Shown in pieces: positions 8,259 through 18,273 of a stretch of DNA of 37,588 nucleotides. The position numbers were made by a program, and so were the translations under genes. Origin of the DNA: a virus. Taxonomy: Duplodnaviria > Caudoviricetes. The first letter of the stretch is position 1, and the number at the start of each line of letters is the position of its first letter. Location: positions 1-37,588 of the IMG/VR virus record IMGVR_UViG_3300025534_000019. One strand, 5' to 3'. The notes under the pieces are model-generated. The model was not told the origin of the DNA, did no database searches, and saw nothing but the letters and a program-made list of their open reading frames with translations.

Positions 8259-9965
8259 TTGGCGTTTGTAGACGGTAAATGGCTCGATCGACCGGCGCGC
8301 GAACGACTAATAAACGAACTTCGCGAAGAAAACAACCTGATTCGCCGGTTGATCGAAACGAATAAAGCGGTTGACTACGATCTTGATCGGCTGGAAGCGA
8401 ATTTAACGTTGCTCGAAAAGTTAGAACGTGTTCACCGTGGCGAGCGTGACGTGCTGTACTTCGCGATGGAATATTTTAGCGATAACGGTAATCCTGAAAA
8501 CGAAGGCAATTTAATTCCGTCGGGCGTTAACTACGAAAACGCAGCCGACTTTCATAAAACGCTTTGTGGCTTGCTAAACGACGTAATAACCGGTAAACAG
8601 CGCGAACACGTTGCGTGGGCCTGTCCGCGGGGTCACGCTAAAACAGCTTATTTATCGAATATTTTCCTCGCGCACCAGGTCGTTTATCGACACCGCAAAT
8701 ATATCGTGGAAATTTCGGAAACAACGGACGTAGCAGGCGACTTCATTACATGGACGCGTTATCAGCTAAAATTTAACGCAAAACTTCGCGAAGACTTTGG
8801 CGAGTTGCTTGATCCGCGACCGTCCAAGAACGAAGTTGATAATAAATACGAGTTTATCACGTCAAGCGGCACGAAAGTAGAAGCGAAAGGACTCGGTACG
8901 CAAATGCGCGGACTTCGCCACGGCAACACGCGACCGGACTTATTTATTCTCGACGATTTAGAATCGAAAGACTCAACGAACACGAGCGATTTAATAGAAA
9001 AGTCTAAAGCGTGGTTTCGCGAGGAAATGTTGCCGGCGTTGAGTCGCGACGGTATTTGCATTTACCTTGGTACAATTTTATGCTTCGATAGCTTGCTCGA
9101 TTACGTGATTCGCGAACGACGCGACTTCAAATCGAAAAAGTTTTCGGCGGTGAAATCGTGGGCGAAACGTCAGGACTTGTGGCAACGTTGGCGCGAAATT
9201 TACCGCAGCGACGACCCCGAAGCAGCGGAAAAAGCGCGAAAGTTCTACGAGGAACACGAAGCGGAAATGCTTGACGGCGCGTCGATTTTGTGGCCGGAAT
9301 ATTTCACGTATTACGAGTTCATGGTCAAACTCGAAGAAAACGGCACAAAAGCGTTTAATCAGGAATATCAAAACGAGCCGACCGACGAGGAACGACAAAT
9401 CTTTAAACCCGAGTATTTTACGTATTTTGACGATAAAGACATCGAAGGCAAGGATATTTCGTTTTTTGGCGCTATTGACTTGGCGATGGGTAAGGAACGT
9501 GGTGATTATTCAGTTATTGTCACAATGGCGCGTAATAACGAAACAGGCGTTTGTTACGTTTATGACGTGTTCATGGAACGCTGTCACCCGGACGTATTAT
9601 TGCGCGAAGCTGTTAAGCGGACGTTGCAATTCCAATACGAAGGACTCGCGGTTGAGGCGCAAATGGCACAAGAGTTTATCGCAGACAAACTGGCGGAGGA
9701 ACTTCGTAAACACGGTTATCCGAGCCATACGCGCTTAAAATATATTAAGCAACGCACGCGGAAAGCGTTGCGTATTGAGGCATTGTTGCCGGACATTCAA
9801 GCGGGTCGTATTCGATTCAGACGTACTGACAGATTGGCTCTTGAGCAATTCGAATTATACCCGATGCACAAGCACGACGATTTTCCGGACGCTGTGTCGA
9901 TGTGCTACGACGCAGCCAAAAGCGGAAATGTGTACGTAAAAACATACAAACGGAATTTGCGATAA
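8259..9965 (+). CDS. terL: terminase large subunit
   Basis: Walker A PRGHAKT, RPDLFILDDLE, nuclease AIDLA...GDYS, HDDFPDA. Confidence 0.96.
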   Translation: MAFVDGKWLDRPARERLINELREENNLIRRLIETNKAVDYDLDRLEANLTLLEKLERVHRGERDVLYFAMEYFSDNGNPENEGNLIPSGVNYENAADFHKTLCGLLNDVITGKQREHVAWACPRGHAKTAYLSNIFLAHQVVYRHRKYIVEISETTDVAGDFITWTRYQLKFNAKLREDFGELLDPRPSKNEVDNKYEFITSSGTKVEAKGLGTQMRGLRHGNTRPDLFILDDLESKDSTNTSDLIEKSKAWFREEMLPALSRDGICIYLGTILCFDSLLDYVIRERRDFKSKKFSAVKSWAKRQDLWQRWREIYRSDDPEAAEKARKFYEEHEAEMLDGASILWPEYFTYYEFMVKLEENGTKAFNQEYQNEPTDEERQIFKPEYFTYFDDKDIEGKDISFFGAIDLAMGKERGDYSVIVTMARNNETGVCYVYDVFMERCHPDVLLREAVKRTLQFQYEGLAVEAQMAQEFIADKLAEELRKHGYPSHTRLKYIKQRTRKALRIEALLPDIQAGRIRFRRTDRLALEQFELYPMHKHDDFPDAVSMCYDAAKSGNVYVKTYKRNLR

Positions 9966-9978
9966 GGAGGTGGTGTAG

Positions 9979-11520
9979 TTGGCGGATTACAATTTATTAA
10001 GCCCGCAGAGTATGGACGAATTGCTGTTTTCGCCGTATCAACAAGCGTTAGGGCGCTCAACGTGGCAACGTATTAATCAACAACTACGAAACTATGACTA
10101 TTATGATGGTAAGCAACACGTTCACCCTGACACGGGCCAACTCGTCAAGGCGAAGGATTTGCCGCGACCATCAGGTCTCGACTATGACCCGACGCGATAC
10201 GCAACAAACTACTTCAAGGCGTTTATTAAACGCAAAGCCCGTTGGCAAATGGGCGGAAAGCATGGAATATCCGTCACGCCAAAACAAATTGACGACCCGA
10301 TAGAAGCGACAAAACCCGACTATGAGCCTAGCGAAGCACAACGTCGCGAAAACGAACGGGCGGAAGCGTATGAGCGTTTGTTATATCAACTTTGGCGCGA
10401 AAACAAAATGCGAGAAAAGTTGCTCGCAGCGGCGCGTGATCGTTTAATCGCGGGACGTGTAGGTTGTAAAATCGTATTTAATCCAAACACCGGAAAAATT
10501 AAATGGGTGTTTCGTCCCGACTACGAAATAGTACCGGTTTACAGCGATGATGATTACGAGGAATTGGTTGCGGTTCATTTCGTGTCGTTCATCGACAACG
10601 AAGAAACAGGCGAAGAATTTATTCGAAAACAGACATTCTCGCTCGAAAATGGCGAGTGCTTCCTCGAAGAAGCGGTTTATGATTACAACCTAGATTTAGT
10701 CGAGCAAATCACGCCGAAACAATCGATGGGACTCGATTTCATTCCGGTTGTACTGTTCCCAGTCAATGATTTATCAGGTGAGTCAGTAGATTATTCCGAA
10801 GTAAACGACATGAAAGAGCAAACCGACATTTTAAACGAAATGAACGAAGATGCAATCGATTCGTTGAAGTTCGAAATGTTCCCGATGACCGCGGTACTAG
10901 ACGCACCGGAAGGAACGGCGGCTAAAATGGCGATTGCGCCAGGCGCGGTTGTTGAGGCTCGCGGTGCGGTAGACAGTAGAGCGCCGGAAATTAAAAAGGT
11001 TGAGTCAGGCTTCCGTTGGAAAGAAGCATTTAAAGATCAGTATGCTCGCGTTAAAGCAGCGCTTCACGAGATAACTAGTTTACCGCAAATCGTTCCGCAG
11101 GAATTGAATTTCGGCGGACTTAATGGCGAAGCATTGCACGTTTTATTTCACGACATAATTCAAGAAACCGAGGAACATTGGCTTTCGTGGGGTCCGCGAT
11201 TAGAGGAACTACACGAGAAAACAATTCGATACTTGCAGGCTCGTGTTGATCGTCCGGTATTCGCTTACGACCGAGAAGTCGTAAAACTAATTGGTGACGA
11301 TTATGACAACGAAATTAAATTTGTTTTACCTTTACCGGACAATCGAAAAGAATTAGTCGAATTACTGACACTTGAAACAAGCGCAGGTTTTGAATCAACA
11401 GCAGGAGCAATGCAGCGATTAGGCGTCGAAAATGTAAACGCGAAAAAACAAGAGATTACTAACGAAATTGCACAACGAAGACAAACAACAGATCCATACA
11501 ACGAAACTTCGTCCGCGTGA
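9979..11520 (+). CDS. portal protein (SPP1 gp6-like)
   Basis: 513 aa directly after terL; YYDGKQ N-terminal motif; LNGEAL. Confidence 0.88.
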   Translation: MADYNLLSPQSMDELLFSPYQQALGRSTWQRINQQLRNYDYYDGKQHVHPDTGQLVKAKDLPRPSGLDYDPTRYATNYFKAFIKRKARWQMGGKHGISVTPKQIDDPIEATKPDYEPSEAQRRENERAEAYERLLYQLWRENKMREKLLAAARDRLIAGRVGCKIVFNPNTGKIKWVFRPDYEIVPVYSDDDYEELVAVHFVSFIDNEETGEEFIRKQTFSLENGECFLEEAVYDYNLDLVEQITPKQSMGLDFIPVVLFPVNDLSGESVDYSEVNDMKEQTDILNEMNEDAIDSLKFEMFPMTAVLDAPEGTAAKMAIAPGAVVEARGAVDSRAPEIKKVESGFRWKEAFKDQYARVKAALHEITSLPQIVPQELNFGGLNGEALHVLFHDIIQETEEHWLSWGPRLEELHEKTIRYLQARVDRPVFAYDREVVKLIGDDYDNEIKFVLPLPDNRKELVELLTLETSAGFESTAGAMQRLGVENVNAKKQEITNEIAQRRQTTDPYNETSSA

Positions 11521-11540
11521 CGTTAAACGGAGGTTTTTGA

Positions 11541-12080
11541 ATGAGCGAAGAAATTAAAAACGAACAAACACATCAAACAGATAATGTCGACAATCAATCG
11601 CCAGCGGAGGCGGAAAAACCGCAAGTCGACAACAAAATTCCGTATGAGCGTTTTAAACAAAAAGTAGATGAAGTCAACGAGTTAAAACGTAAGTTGGCGG
11701 AAATTGAAAAAGAGCGCGATGAAGCGGAGCGCAAAAAGCTAGAGGAGCAAAACGAATACAAGGCCTTGTACGAAAAAGCGCAAGCGGAACTTGAAAAAAT
11801 AAAAATGAGTGCGCTTGACGCGAAAAAAGATGCATTACTCGCACAAGCAGGCTACACAAGCGAGCAAATCGAACGGTACCGTAAGTATTTAACTGGCGAA
11901 AATGAGGACGAACTTAAAGCGTCACTCGAAACATTAATCGCGGATATTCCGCCGAAAAAGGCAGTAGGCGTTGACCCAAGCGCAGGTAACACTGAAAAGC
12001 AACCGCCGAAACCGAAAGATGAGGCGGAAATCGGGCGTAATATATTCAAACGCCTGAAAGAAAAAGGAAAAATTCGATAA
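11541..12080 (+). CDS. capsid scaffolding protein
   Basis: IPYERF motif, coiled coil, position before the capsid genes. Confidence 0.8.
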   Translation: MSEEIKNEQTHQTDNVDNQSPAEAEKPQVDNKIPYERFKQKVDEVNELKRKLAEIEKERDEAERKKLEEQNEYKALYEKAQAELEKIKMSALDAKKDALLAQAGYTSEQIERYRKYLTGENEDELKASLETLIADIPPKKAVGVDPSAGNTEKQPPKPKDEAEIGRNIFKRLKEKGKIR

Positions 12081-12096
12081 TTAGGAGGGTCATTAA

Positions 12097-12483
12097 ATGG
12101 CAGGTTACACTTTAAAAATCACTGAGCAGCCGTTTAAAAGCGGTAAAAACATTTTAGCGTCTGAGCATTTTCAATTTATCGAAGGAGGCGCAACATTAGA
12201 CGCGGCTGCAATCGGCGCTAAAACACTAGAAGCCGGAACAGCAATCGCTCGTAATACTACAACGGGTAAATTCGAGGAGTACAGCGAAACAACTCCGGGA
12301 ACACTCGAACCCGGCTTTGATGAATTCGCAATTTTAAACGTGAACGTTGAAGTTGATGGAGTAAATGACGTAGTAGTCGGCGAGGTTATTGTTCGCGGTT
12401 CTGTTTACGATGCGAAAATTATTGGTGCTACTGATGCTTTTAAAGAAGCAAACAAAAACATTAGATATGTAAAACACATTTAA
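12097..12483 (+). CDS. head decoration protein
   Basis: AGT-containing 128-aa ORF between scaffold and major capsid protein. Confidence 0.7.
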   Translation: MAGYTLKITEQPFKSGKNILASEHFQFIEGGATLDAAAIGAKTLEAGTAIARNTTTGKFEEYSETTPGTLEPGFDEFAILNVNVEVDGVNDVVVGEVIVRGSVYDAKIIGATDAFKEANKNIRYVKHI

Positions 12484-12545
12484 CGTAAAGGCGCTTTCGG
12501 TGTGGATGCGTCTTAAAAAATTAATAATTTAGGAGGAATAGAGTT

Positions 12546-13568
12546 ATGGCAGGTATTACACATTTAGAAGAATTTAAAGAGCCGGCATTGCGCGGTTTAG
12601 TTGACGAAACTTTGCAAGAGGCTGAACCAACGTTAGGCGACCGTTTCTTACCGAACGCAGAAATCTATTCGAATACTTTCGCGTATGACATCATTAAAAA
12701 ATCTAAACACATTGGCGCTATGATTGGGTACGGTTCCGAGCCTCCGGTTGTTGACCGTGATGCAGTGGCGTCCAAAATGGGCGAAATCGCGAAAATGGGT
12801 ATTAAATATATCGCGACAGAGGAAGAATTACTGGCGTTAAACCAAGCGCGTAATAATGGCGAAAAAGCTGCGATGATTGAACGTTTAGCACTTAAAGGCG
12901 TTGATCTCGTTCAAGCTATTCAACGTCGTATTGGCGTAATCAAAATGGAAGCATTAGCGAAAGGTAGCTTCTCGTATAACAAAAACGGCGTAAAAGTAAA
13001 CGTTGATTTTGGTATCCCAGCCGAACATAAAGTCGCTTTAACATCACCCGATGATTGGGATAACGTTGACCGTGATGTTATCGCCGATTTACTAAATTGG
13101 GTCGAAATTTACGAAAACACTAACGGAAAATCGCCAGACGTAATTTTAATGAGTCGCGAAGTTCAAGCGAAATTATCGCGGAACAAAGTGATCGTTACAG
13201 AAGCAGGACGTCCGGAAGGTTCTACTCGCGTAAGTCAAGCAGAACTAAACGCGGTACTTGACGGATTTGGATTGCCACCTATTCAAATTGTTACTGACCG
13301 CAAAGTAACGGTTAAAGACATTTACACTGGCGACGATGAAGTGGTTGAATACTTCCCAGTAAATCGCGTCGTAATGTTAAGTGAAGGTGTCGGTAACTTC
13401 CTACTTGGCCCAACTGTTGAAAACAATTTCCAACCGGGAATTGTGTTGCAAGCATATGACAAGCAAGAGCCAATTCAATCCGTTTTACGCGCGGTGGCTG
13501 CTGGATTCCCAGCAATCGAAGCGCCAGGACTAATCTTCCACGCTGACGTATTCACGCCACAAGCATAA
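12546..13568 (+). CDS. major capsid protein (phage cap E-like)
   Basis: 340 aa, VDFGIP motif, strong RBS, synteny. Confidence 0.9.
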   Translation: MAGITHLEEFKEPALRGLVDETLQEAEPTLGDRFLPNAEIYSNTFAYDIIKKSKHIGAMIGYGSEPPVVDRDAVASKMGEIAKMGIKYIATEEELLALNQARNNGEKAAMIERLALKGVDLVQAIQRRIGVIKMEALAKGSFSYNKNGVKVNVDFGIPAEHKVALTSPDDWDNVDRDVIADLLNWVEIYENTNGKSPDVILMSREVQAKLSRNKVIVTEAGRPEGSTRVSQAELNAVLDGFGLPPIQIVTDRKVTVKDIYTGDDEVVEYFPVNRVVMLSEGVGNFLLGPTVENNFQPGIVLQAYDKQEPIQSVLRAVAAGFPAIEAPGLIFHADVFTPQA

Positions 13569-13768
13569 TGAAAAAGCTAGTTGAAGTAGTCGGGGCGGTT
13601 GTAGACGGCAACAAACCCGGCTCAAAAATCGAAATAGATGAACGTAGCGCGAAACATCTCGAAAAAATCGGCTACGTTCGTATTCTTGCGCAGGAGGTTA
13701 CGGGTGAAAAAGGTTCGTCAGCGCCGAAAAAGCCCGCAACTAGAAAGCGCACAACGTCTAAACAATAA
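13568..13768 (+). CDS. small head-associated protein
   Basis: TAATG coupling; A..L...GYV motif with basic tail. Confidence 0.7.
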   Translation: MKKLVEVVGAVVDGNKPGSKIEIDERSAKHLEKIGYVRILAQEVTGEKGSSAPKKPATRKRTTSKQ

Positions 13769-13782
13769 GGAGGGAACGCTTA

Positions 13783-14154
13783 ATGACGACAAAGGCGGAA
13801 CTTGCCGAGCGACTTTTACGACGGTTTAAAGGCGTTCCAAATTTTTTATTAACGGACGCAGAGGAACTCGTTGATGACGCGATGCAGGTTCACGGCTTTG
13901 CGTCATCAAGCATTGTTCCCGAATCTGACGTAAATTTAATTTTACTTTACGCACAAGCCGAAGGCGCTTGGCAAATTGCTCTAGCTACCGCGCATTATTT
14001 TTCTTACCAAGACGGCGAGGAATCGGTCGACAAATCCAACGTTTCTGAGCAATATCGAAAACTAGCGCAAGACATTCGCGGACAGTACGAAGTGGAAAAA
14101 GTGCGAAAAAGTGGCTCTAGTTTTTTTGTTATGAAACGGATTGATCGACCATGA
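13783..14154 (+). CDS. head-tail adaptor (putative)
   Basis: Synteny; DGEESVDKS motif. Confidence 0.65.
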   Translation: MTTKAELAERLLRRFKGVPNFLLTDAEELVDDAMQVHGFASSSIVPESDVNLILLYAQAEGAWQIALATAHYFSYQDGEESVDKSNVSEQYRKLAQDIRGQYEVEKVRKSGSSFFVMKRIDRP

Positions 14155-14966
14155 ATTCACAAGAAAAACTAGACGCAATTTTCCGCCGAATTGCCGCCGA
14201 ACACGGCAAGCTAACCGACAAGCAAGTCGCATTTGCGATACGCGAAATCGGGCGTGTTCGTAACGATGTTGCCGCCTTATTAGCTGATTTTGCGGCGGAC
14301 GATGGCACGATTAAAAAACAGCGCCTTATGCGTTTGTTGCGTGAATTAGAGCAGTTAGAACGTTCAATGCGCCAATACGGCGAGGAATCGTTAAATAAAA
14401 CGATAAATGAATCGGCAGAATTTGCGATTGAGCAAGCTAATGACGCCGTTAAAAAAGCCGTAGGGACTGCGCTTATAAAAAGCGGCATAGAACGTTTAAA
14501 TCGGAATGTCGTCGAGTATGTGGCAACGAGATTTGGTGACGATGGACTAGTGCTATCAGATCGCATTTGGACGATGTCGGGAGAAATTCGCGACGCTATT
14601 GCGTCACAGCTTCGTGCCGACATAATTAAAGGCGAATCGGTTAGCACGATGGTGCGTAACATACGTCGAATCTACGAGAACGAAACGTGGATGATTCGGC
14701 GGTTGGTCGTAACGGAAGGCAACACGGCATATCGGACGGCTAACGCTATGAGCATTGAACGTAGCGAAGTAGCGGATTGGGTGCGAATCGTTGAAAACGG
14801 AAGCCGTCACCCTCGACATCAACAACACCGTTGCTATGAGTTAGCACGCGAAGATCGATATGGCAAAGGACGCGGAATTTTCAAGCCGACTGATACAGAA
14901 ATTTACTCGCCACACCCGCAGTGCTCAGCGTTCATTGTTCCGGTTCTAAAAGACGAATATTTGTAG
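14151..14966 (+). CDS. minor head / head morphogenesis protein (Mu gpF-like)
   Basis: LSDRIW, RRLVVTE...AY, PHPQCS motifs. Confidence 0.75.
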   Translation: MNSQEKLDAIFRRIAAEHGKLTDKQVAFAIREIGRVRNDVAALLADFAADDGTIKKQRLMRLLRELEQLERSMRQYGEESLNKTINESAEFAIEQANDAVKKAVGTALIKSGIERLNRNVVEYVATRFGDDGLVLSDRIWTMSGEIRDAIASQLRADIIKGESVSTMVRNIRRIYENETWMIRRLVVTEGNTAYRTANAMSIERSEVADWVRIVENGSRHPRHQQHRCYELAREDRYGKGRGIFKPTDTEIYSPHPQCSAFIVPVLKDEYL

Positions 14967-14969
14967 GAG

Positions 14970-15377
14970 GTGATTACGTTGCTAACCGAGTATGATTCAG
15001 CATGGATAAAGGCGAATCGTGCGGAACTGGTCGCAAATCGCACGTCAACAATCATCGTAAAGTACAAGGACGTCACCGAACGCGACCCGTTTACGAATGA
15101 GCCGATTGGAGAAACGGAAGTAAGTCGAACGGTACAAAGCGTAGTCACCGAGATTTCGTCGGCAACCGGAGCAGGCGCTGATCGACGATTGGAAAACGGA
15201 ATAGAAGTCGAAGATGGCGACATTTGGCTTTCGATTGCGATTGATGACGTTGCCGATATTGTCAATAAAATTGATCGCATTGAATATGACGGCAAGCAAT
15301 ACGAAATTCTTGCGAAAGACAAAAAAGGTATTGGTGAAATCAATCGTATTGAAGTGTTAGGGCGGGTGATTTCGTAA
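14970..15377 (+). CDS. head closure protein (putative)
   Basis: Synteny; DRIEYDGKQYEI. Confidence 0.65.
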   Translation: MITLLTEYDSAWIKANRAELVANRTSTIIVKYKDVTERDPFTNEPIGETEVSRTVQSVVTEISSATGAGADRRLENGIEVEDGDIWLSIAIDDVADIVNKIDRIEYDGKQYEILAKDKKGIGEINRIEVLGRVIS

Positions 15378-15739
15378 TGGTACGCAAACTCAACGTGCAA
15401 GTTTTCGGGATTGATGATGTATTAAAAAAGTTCGCCGAAACAGGCGGAGAGCCTGCGAAACGTGATCTCGAAAAAATAACGGAAACATATGCTAGGAAAA
15501 TGGCGAGTGAATCCGCAGAAATGGCACCGGTTGATACCGGAGCGTTAAAAAATTCGATTTCGTCATCGCCGCAAAAAGCGGAAGGCGAAGGTATTGCGTG
15601 GGAGTGGGGTTCAAACTTGCCGTATGCAACTCGGCAAGAATACGAGCATAAATCGAAAAAAGGTTTCGTGCGTAAAGCGATTTGGAATAATCGAACGAAA
15701 TACCGAGAAGCAATACGCAATCGAATAACGAAAGGGTGA
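15377..15739 (+). CDS. HK97 gp10-like neck protein
   Basis: APVDTGALKNSI; YATRQEY. Confidence 0.85.
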   Translation: MVRKLNVQVFGIDDVLKKFAETGGEPAKRDLEKITETYARKMASESAEMAPVDTGALKNSISSSPQKAEGEGIAWEWGSNLPYATRQEYEHKSKKGFVRKAIWNNRTKYREAIRNRITKG

Positions 15740-16188
15740 CGAATTTGCAGTACGATATTCAGGCGTCAATTATACGTCACCTAGAACAAAAGACGGGCTT
15801 GCGCGTTATTTGGATTTACGACGGCGTGACGTTGCCCGACGAAACGCAAAAGCCGTATGTAACGATTGAACAAATGCAAGACGATATAACAATACTTGCG
15901 AAACAACGCGAAGCAGTCGAAACGATTTATCGGTTTCAAGTCGGACTATTCGCAAAAACAGCCGCAGAACGGGCGAAATTACAAGAAAATATACGTAAAA
16001 TTTTTCTTTACGATAATTTTGCGTTGCTTGATACGAGCCAGCCGGGAGTTCCATCGGTTGGCGTTTTTAATTGCGTTGTCGAACGCATCGTTCCTATGCC
16101 GGTAGATGACATCACAGAAAAATCGCAATACCACCGTGTTTATTTTGACGTGTTTGTTCAAAATATCGAAACAAAAACGAAGGAGTGA
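15736..16188 (+). CDS. tail terminator (putative)
   Basis: Synteny; PYVTI motif. Confidence 0.65.
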   Translation: MTNLQYDIQASIIRHLEQKTGLRVIWIYDGVTLPDETQKPYVTIEQMQDDITILAKQREAVETIYRFQVGLFAKTAAERAKLQENIRKIFLYDNFALLDTSQPGVPSVGVFNCVVERIVPMPVDDITEKSQYHRVYFDVFVQNIETKTKE

Positions 16189-16195
16189 CGAATAA

Positions 16196-16639
16196 ATGCC
16201 GGTTTTAAAAGGCGAAAAAATTGTTTATGCAGTCCGTTTTACTGATGAAATGTCTCAACAACAAATTTTGCGCGTTCTGTATCAAACAACGGGTGGACGT
16301 TCGTATGAAGCTGACGAAATTGAAGTAAATACGAAGGACATTGACGGTGTGGACTATGGAGCCGTCACTGAAACAGTCTCTTTCGAAGGCTTGGTTGGAA
16401 TAGATGATCCTGCGCTTGAACATTTGAGAGATTGCATTAAAAACAAGAAATTTGCAGAAATTCTGGAAATCAACGTTGATACAAAAGAAGCGGAAGTCGG
16501 GAAATACATGATTTCCTCGCTTGAATTCGAATACCCAGACGAAGAAAATGCAACATTCTCGTTTGAAGCGACACTTGTCGGAAGCACGACGAATGAGACA
16601 TTGACGGAAGTTCCAGCAGGCGCAACATCTATCGATTAA
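16196..16639 (+). CDS. major tail (tube) protein
   Basis: Synteny; VNTKD, ATFSFEATLVG; followed by a terminator. Confidence 0.8.
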   Translation: MPVLKGEKIVYAVRFTDEMSQQQILRVLYQTTGGRSYEADEIEVNTKDIDGVDYGAVTETVSFEGLVGIDDPALEHLRDCIKNKKFAEILEINVDTKEAEVGKYMISSLEFEYPDEENATFSFEATLVGSTTNETLTEVPAGATSID

Positions 16640-16644
16640 TTGAC

Positions 16645-16670
16645 GGCGGGTTGTTGCCCGCCTTTTCTTT
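16645..16670 (+). terminator. intrinsic terminator after the major tail gene
   Basis: GGCGGG-ttgttg-CCCGCC followed by TTTTCTTT. Confidence 0.75.
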
Positions 16671-16695
16671 ACTAAAATAACGGAGGTAATAACGC

Positions 16696-17061
16696 ATGGC
16701 ACGTTTTGAAATAAACGGAAAAGAGTATGAATTAAAACTAACGTTTGAAAGTGTAAAATACTTAAACGACTTATTTGACGGCGGTTCTTTTGAAGTCATC
16801 GGAAAAGCGATTATGGGAGACCTCAACACTTTCCCACACATCATTCACGCCGCATTGTTCCACACTGGCGAAAATTTCGCGTTGAAGGACGTTGAAAAAG
16901 CAATTGACGAAGCAATTCAAAACGAAAAACTCGATCTCGACGGAATTGTTAAATTGTCTAACGAAATTGTTACGAATAGTTTTTTCTACAAAAAGACGGT
17001 AGACAAACTACTGAAAGAAAACAAAGAAGCGAAGAAAGCAATCGAACAGCTTCTGAAATAA
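16696..17061 (+). CDS. tail assembly chaperone (lambda gpG analogue)
   Basis: INGKEYELKLTF motif; lies between the tail tube and tape measure genes. Confidence 0.85.
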   Translation: MARFEINGKEYELKLTFESVKYLNDLFDGGSFEVIGKAIMGDLNTFPHIIHAALFHTGENFALKDVEKAIDEAIQNEKLDLDGIVKLSNEIVTNSFFYKKTVDKLLKENKEAKKAIEQLLK

Positions 17062-17384
17062 ACGACGAATACGAACAGGTTATATTTAACGGTTGGCGTT
17101 ATTTATCGCTAAAACCACACGAAATAGAATCGCTAACACCGCGCGAATTTGAGATTCTTATGAAAGCGGAAAATGAACGACGATACGACGATTATGAGCG
17201 TATGGCAATTCAGGCGCTTATGATCGAAAAAGCACATCGTGAAAAACGACCGAAATTAACGGATTTGTTCAAGCGGCCTAATGACAAGCAAAATCACGAC
17301 AAAAAGACGATAAATGAACGAAGAAAAGAAGTTGACGAAATCAACGCGTGGCTTTCGACATTGACAACAGAACGGAGGGGGTGA
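16980..17384 (+). CDS. tail assembly chaperone extension (gpT analogue) reached by -1 frameshift
   Basis: Slippery T TTT TTC at 16980-16986; the -1 frame is open from 16980 (TAG at 16977-16979) to 17384 and contains SLTPREF. Confidence 0.8.
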   Translation, partial: FFLQKDGRQTTERKQRSEESNRTASEINDEYEQVIFNGWRYLSLKPHEIESLTPREFEILMKAENERRYDDYERMAIQALMIEKAHREKRPKLTDLFKRPNDKQNHDKKTINERRKEVDEINAWLSTLTTERRG

Positions 17385-17388
17385 CGGC

Positions 17389-17968
17389 TTGGAAGAAAAT
17401 ATTATCGTCAAGGTAGGCGCGGATATATCGAATTTAGCACGTGGGATGAGCGAAGGAGCAAAAAGCGTACAAAATTTCGAACAGTCCGTGAAAAAAATTA
17501 ATCGACTGGCAAGTGGAATATCGTCCGTCGGTGCGACAATCGGTGCAACGTTTGGCGCTGTTTCGGCAGCAACAACTACAGCGTTGGCTGGCATGGTAAA
17601 GACGACGGTTGATTTTGATACCGCATTACGCAGAGCCGGCGCAATCGCCGGAGCAACGTCAGGTGAACTAGAGGAAATGCGTTCAGTAGCGTTGGATTTG
17701 GGTGCATCTACAACGAAAAGTGCAAGCGAAGTAGCGACGGCTATGACGGAAATGGCTGCGAAAGGATATGACGCCAATCAAATAATTGCCGCCATGCCGG
17801 GAATAATTGCGGCAGCAGAAGCGTCCGGCGAGGACTTGGCGCTAACGGCGGATACTGTTTCGTCCGCACTCAACGCATTCGGACTTGAGGCGAGTGAAGC
17901 GACAAGAGTCGCTGATGTACTTGCGGAAACGGCTAATAAATCAGCAGCGGGAATTCAAGATATGCAGT
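17389..17968 (+). CDS. tape measure protein, exon 1
   Basis: TP901-type TMP core; ends ...GIQDMQ plus the first base of the Tyr codon. Confidence 0.9.
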
Positions 17969-18273
17969 ACAAACGGTGCTGGGTTGCGGGGAAACTCGCA
18001 GCATAAAGCAGGGCGTGAATTCGGTAGAGGCTAAGGCGAAAGGCTATGCTAATACCGAGCCAAGCCCGATCGGAAACGGCGGGAAGGCGTAGAGACTAGG
18101 ACATGGAGCCCTAACGCATAACGGCGAGGGTGGTAAAGTCCCACGAGCGCGCCCCACCCTAACGTGTAATGGCGAGGGTGAAGATATAGTCCGAACCGGA
18201 GGCGAATTGACGCCTCGTAATGCGGCGAAAGCCCCGGAGCTACCGGATAAAGAGCCGGTAGGGTAACAAATTG
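17969..18273 (+). ncRNA. group I self-splicing intron, 305 nt, no ORF
   Basis: P1 CAGU|AC/GUGCUG with U-G at the splice site; P3 GGGCGUG(18011)/CGCGCCC(18148); P7 GACUA(18094)/UAGUC(18187); S element AAGAUAUAGUCC; terminal G 18273; splicing gives in-frame DMQYSFKYAAP. Confidence 0.93.

Noticed and set aside
17969-18006. ORF-track C-terminus YKRCWVAGKLAA and separate 686-aa ORF from 18351 as two genes
   Set aside because: Artefact of the group I intron; one spliced tape measure gene.
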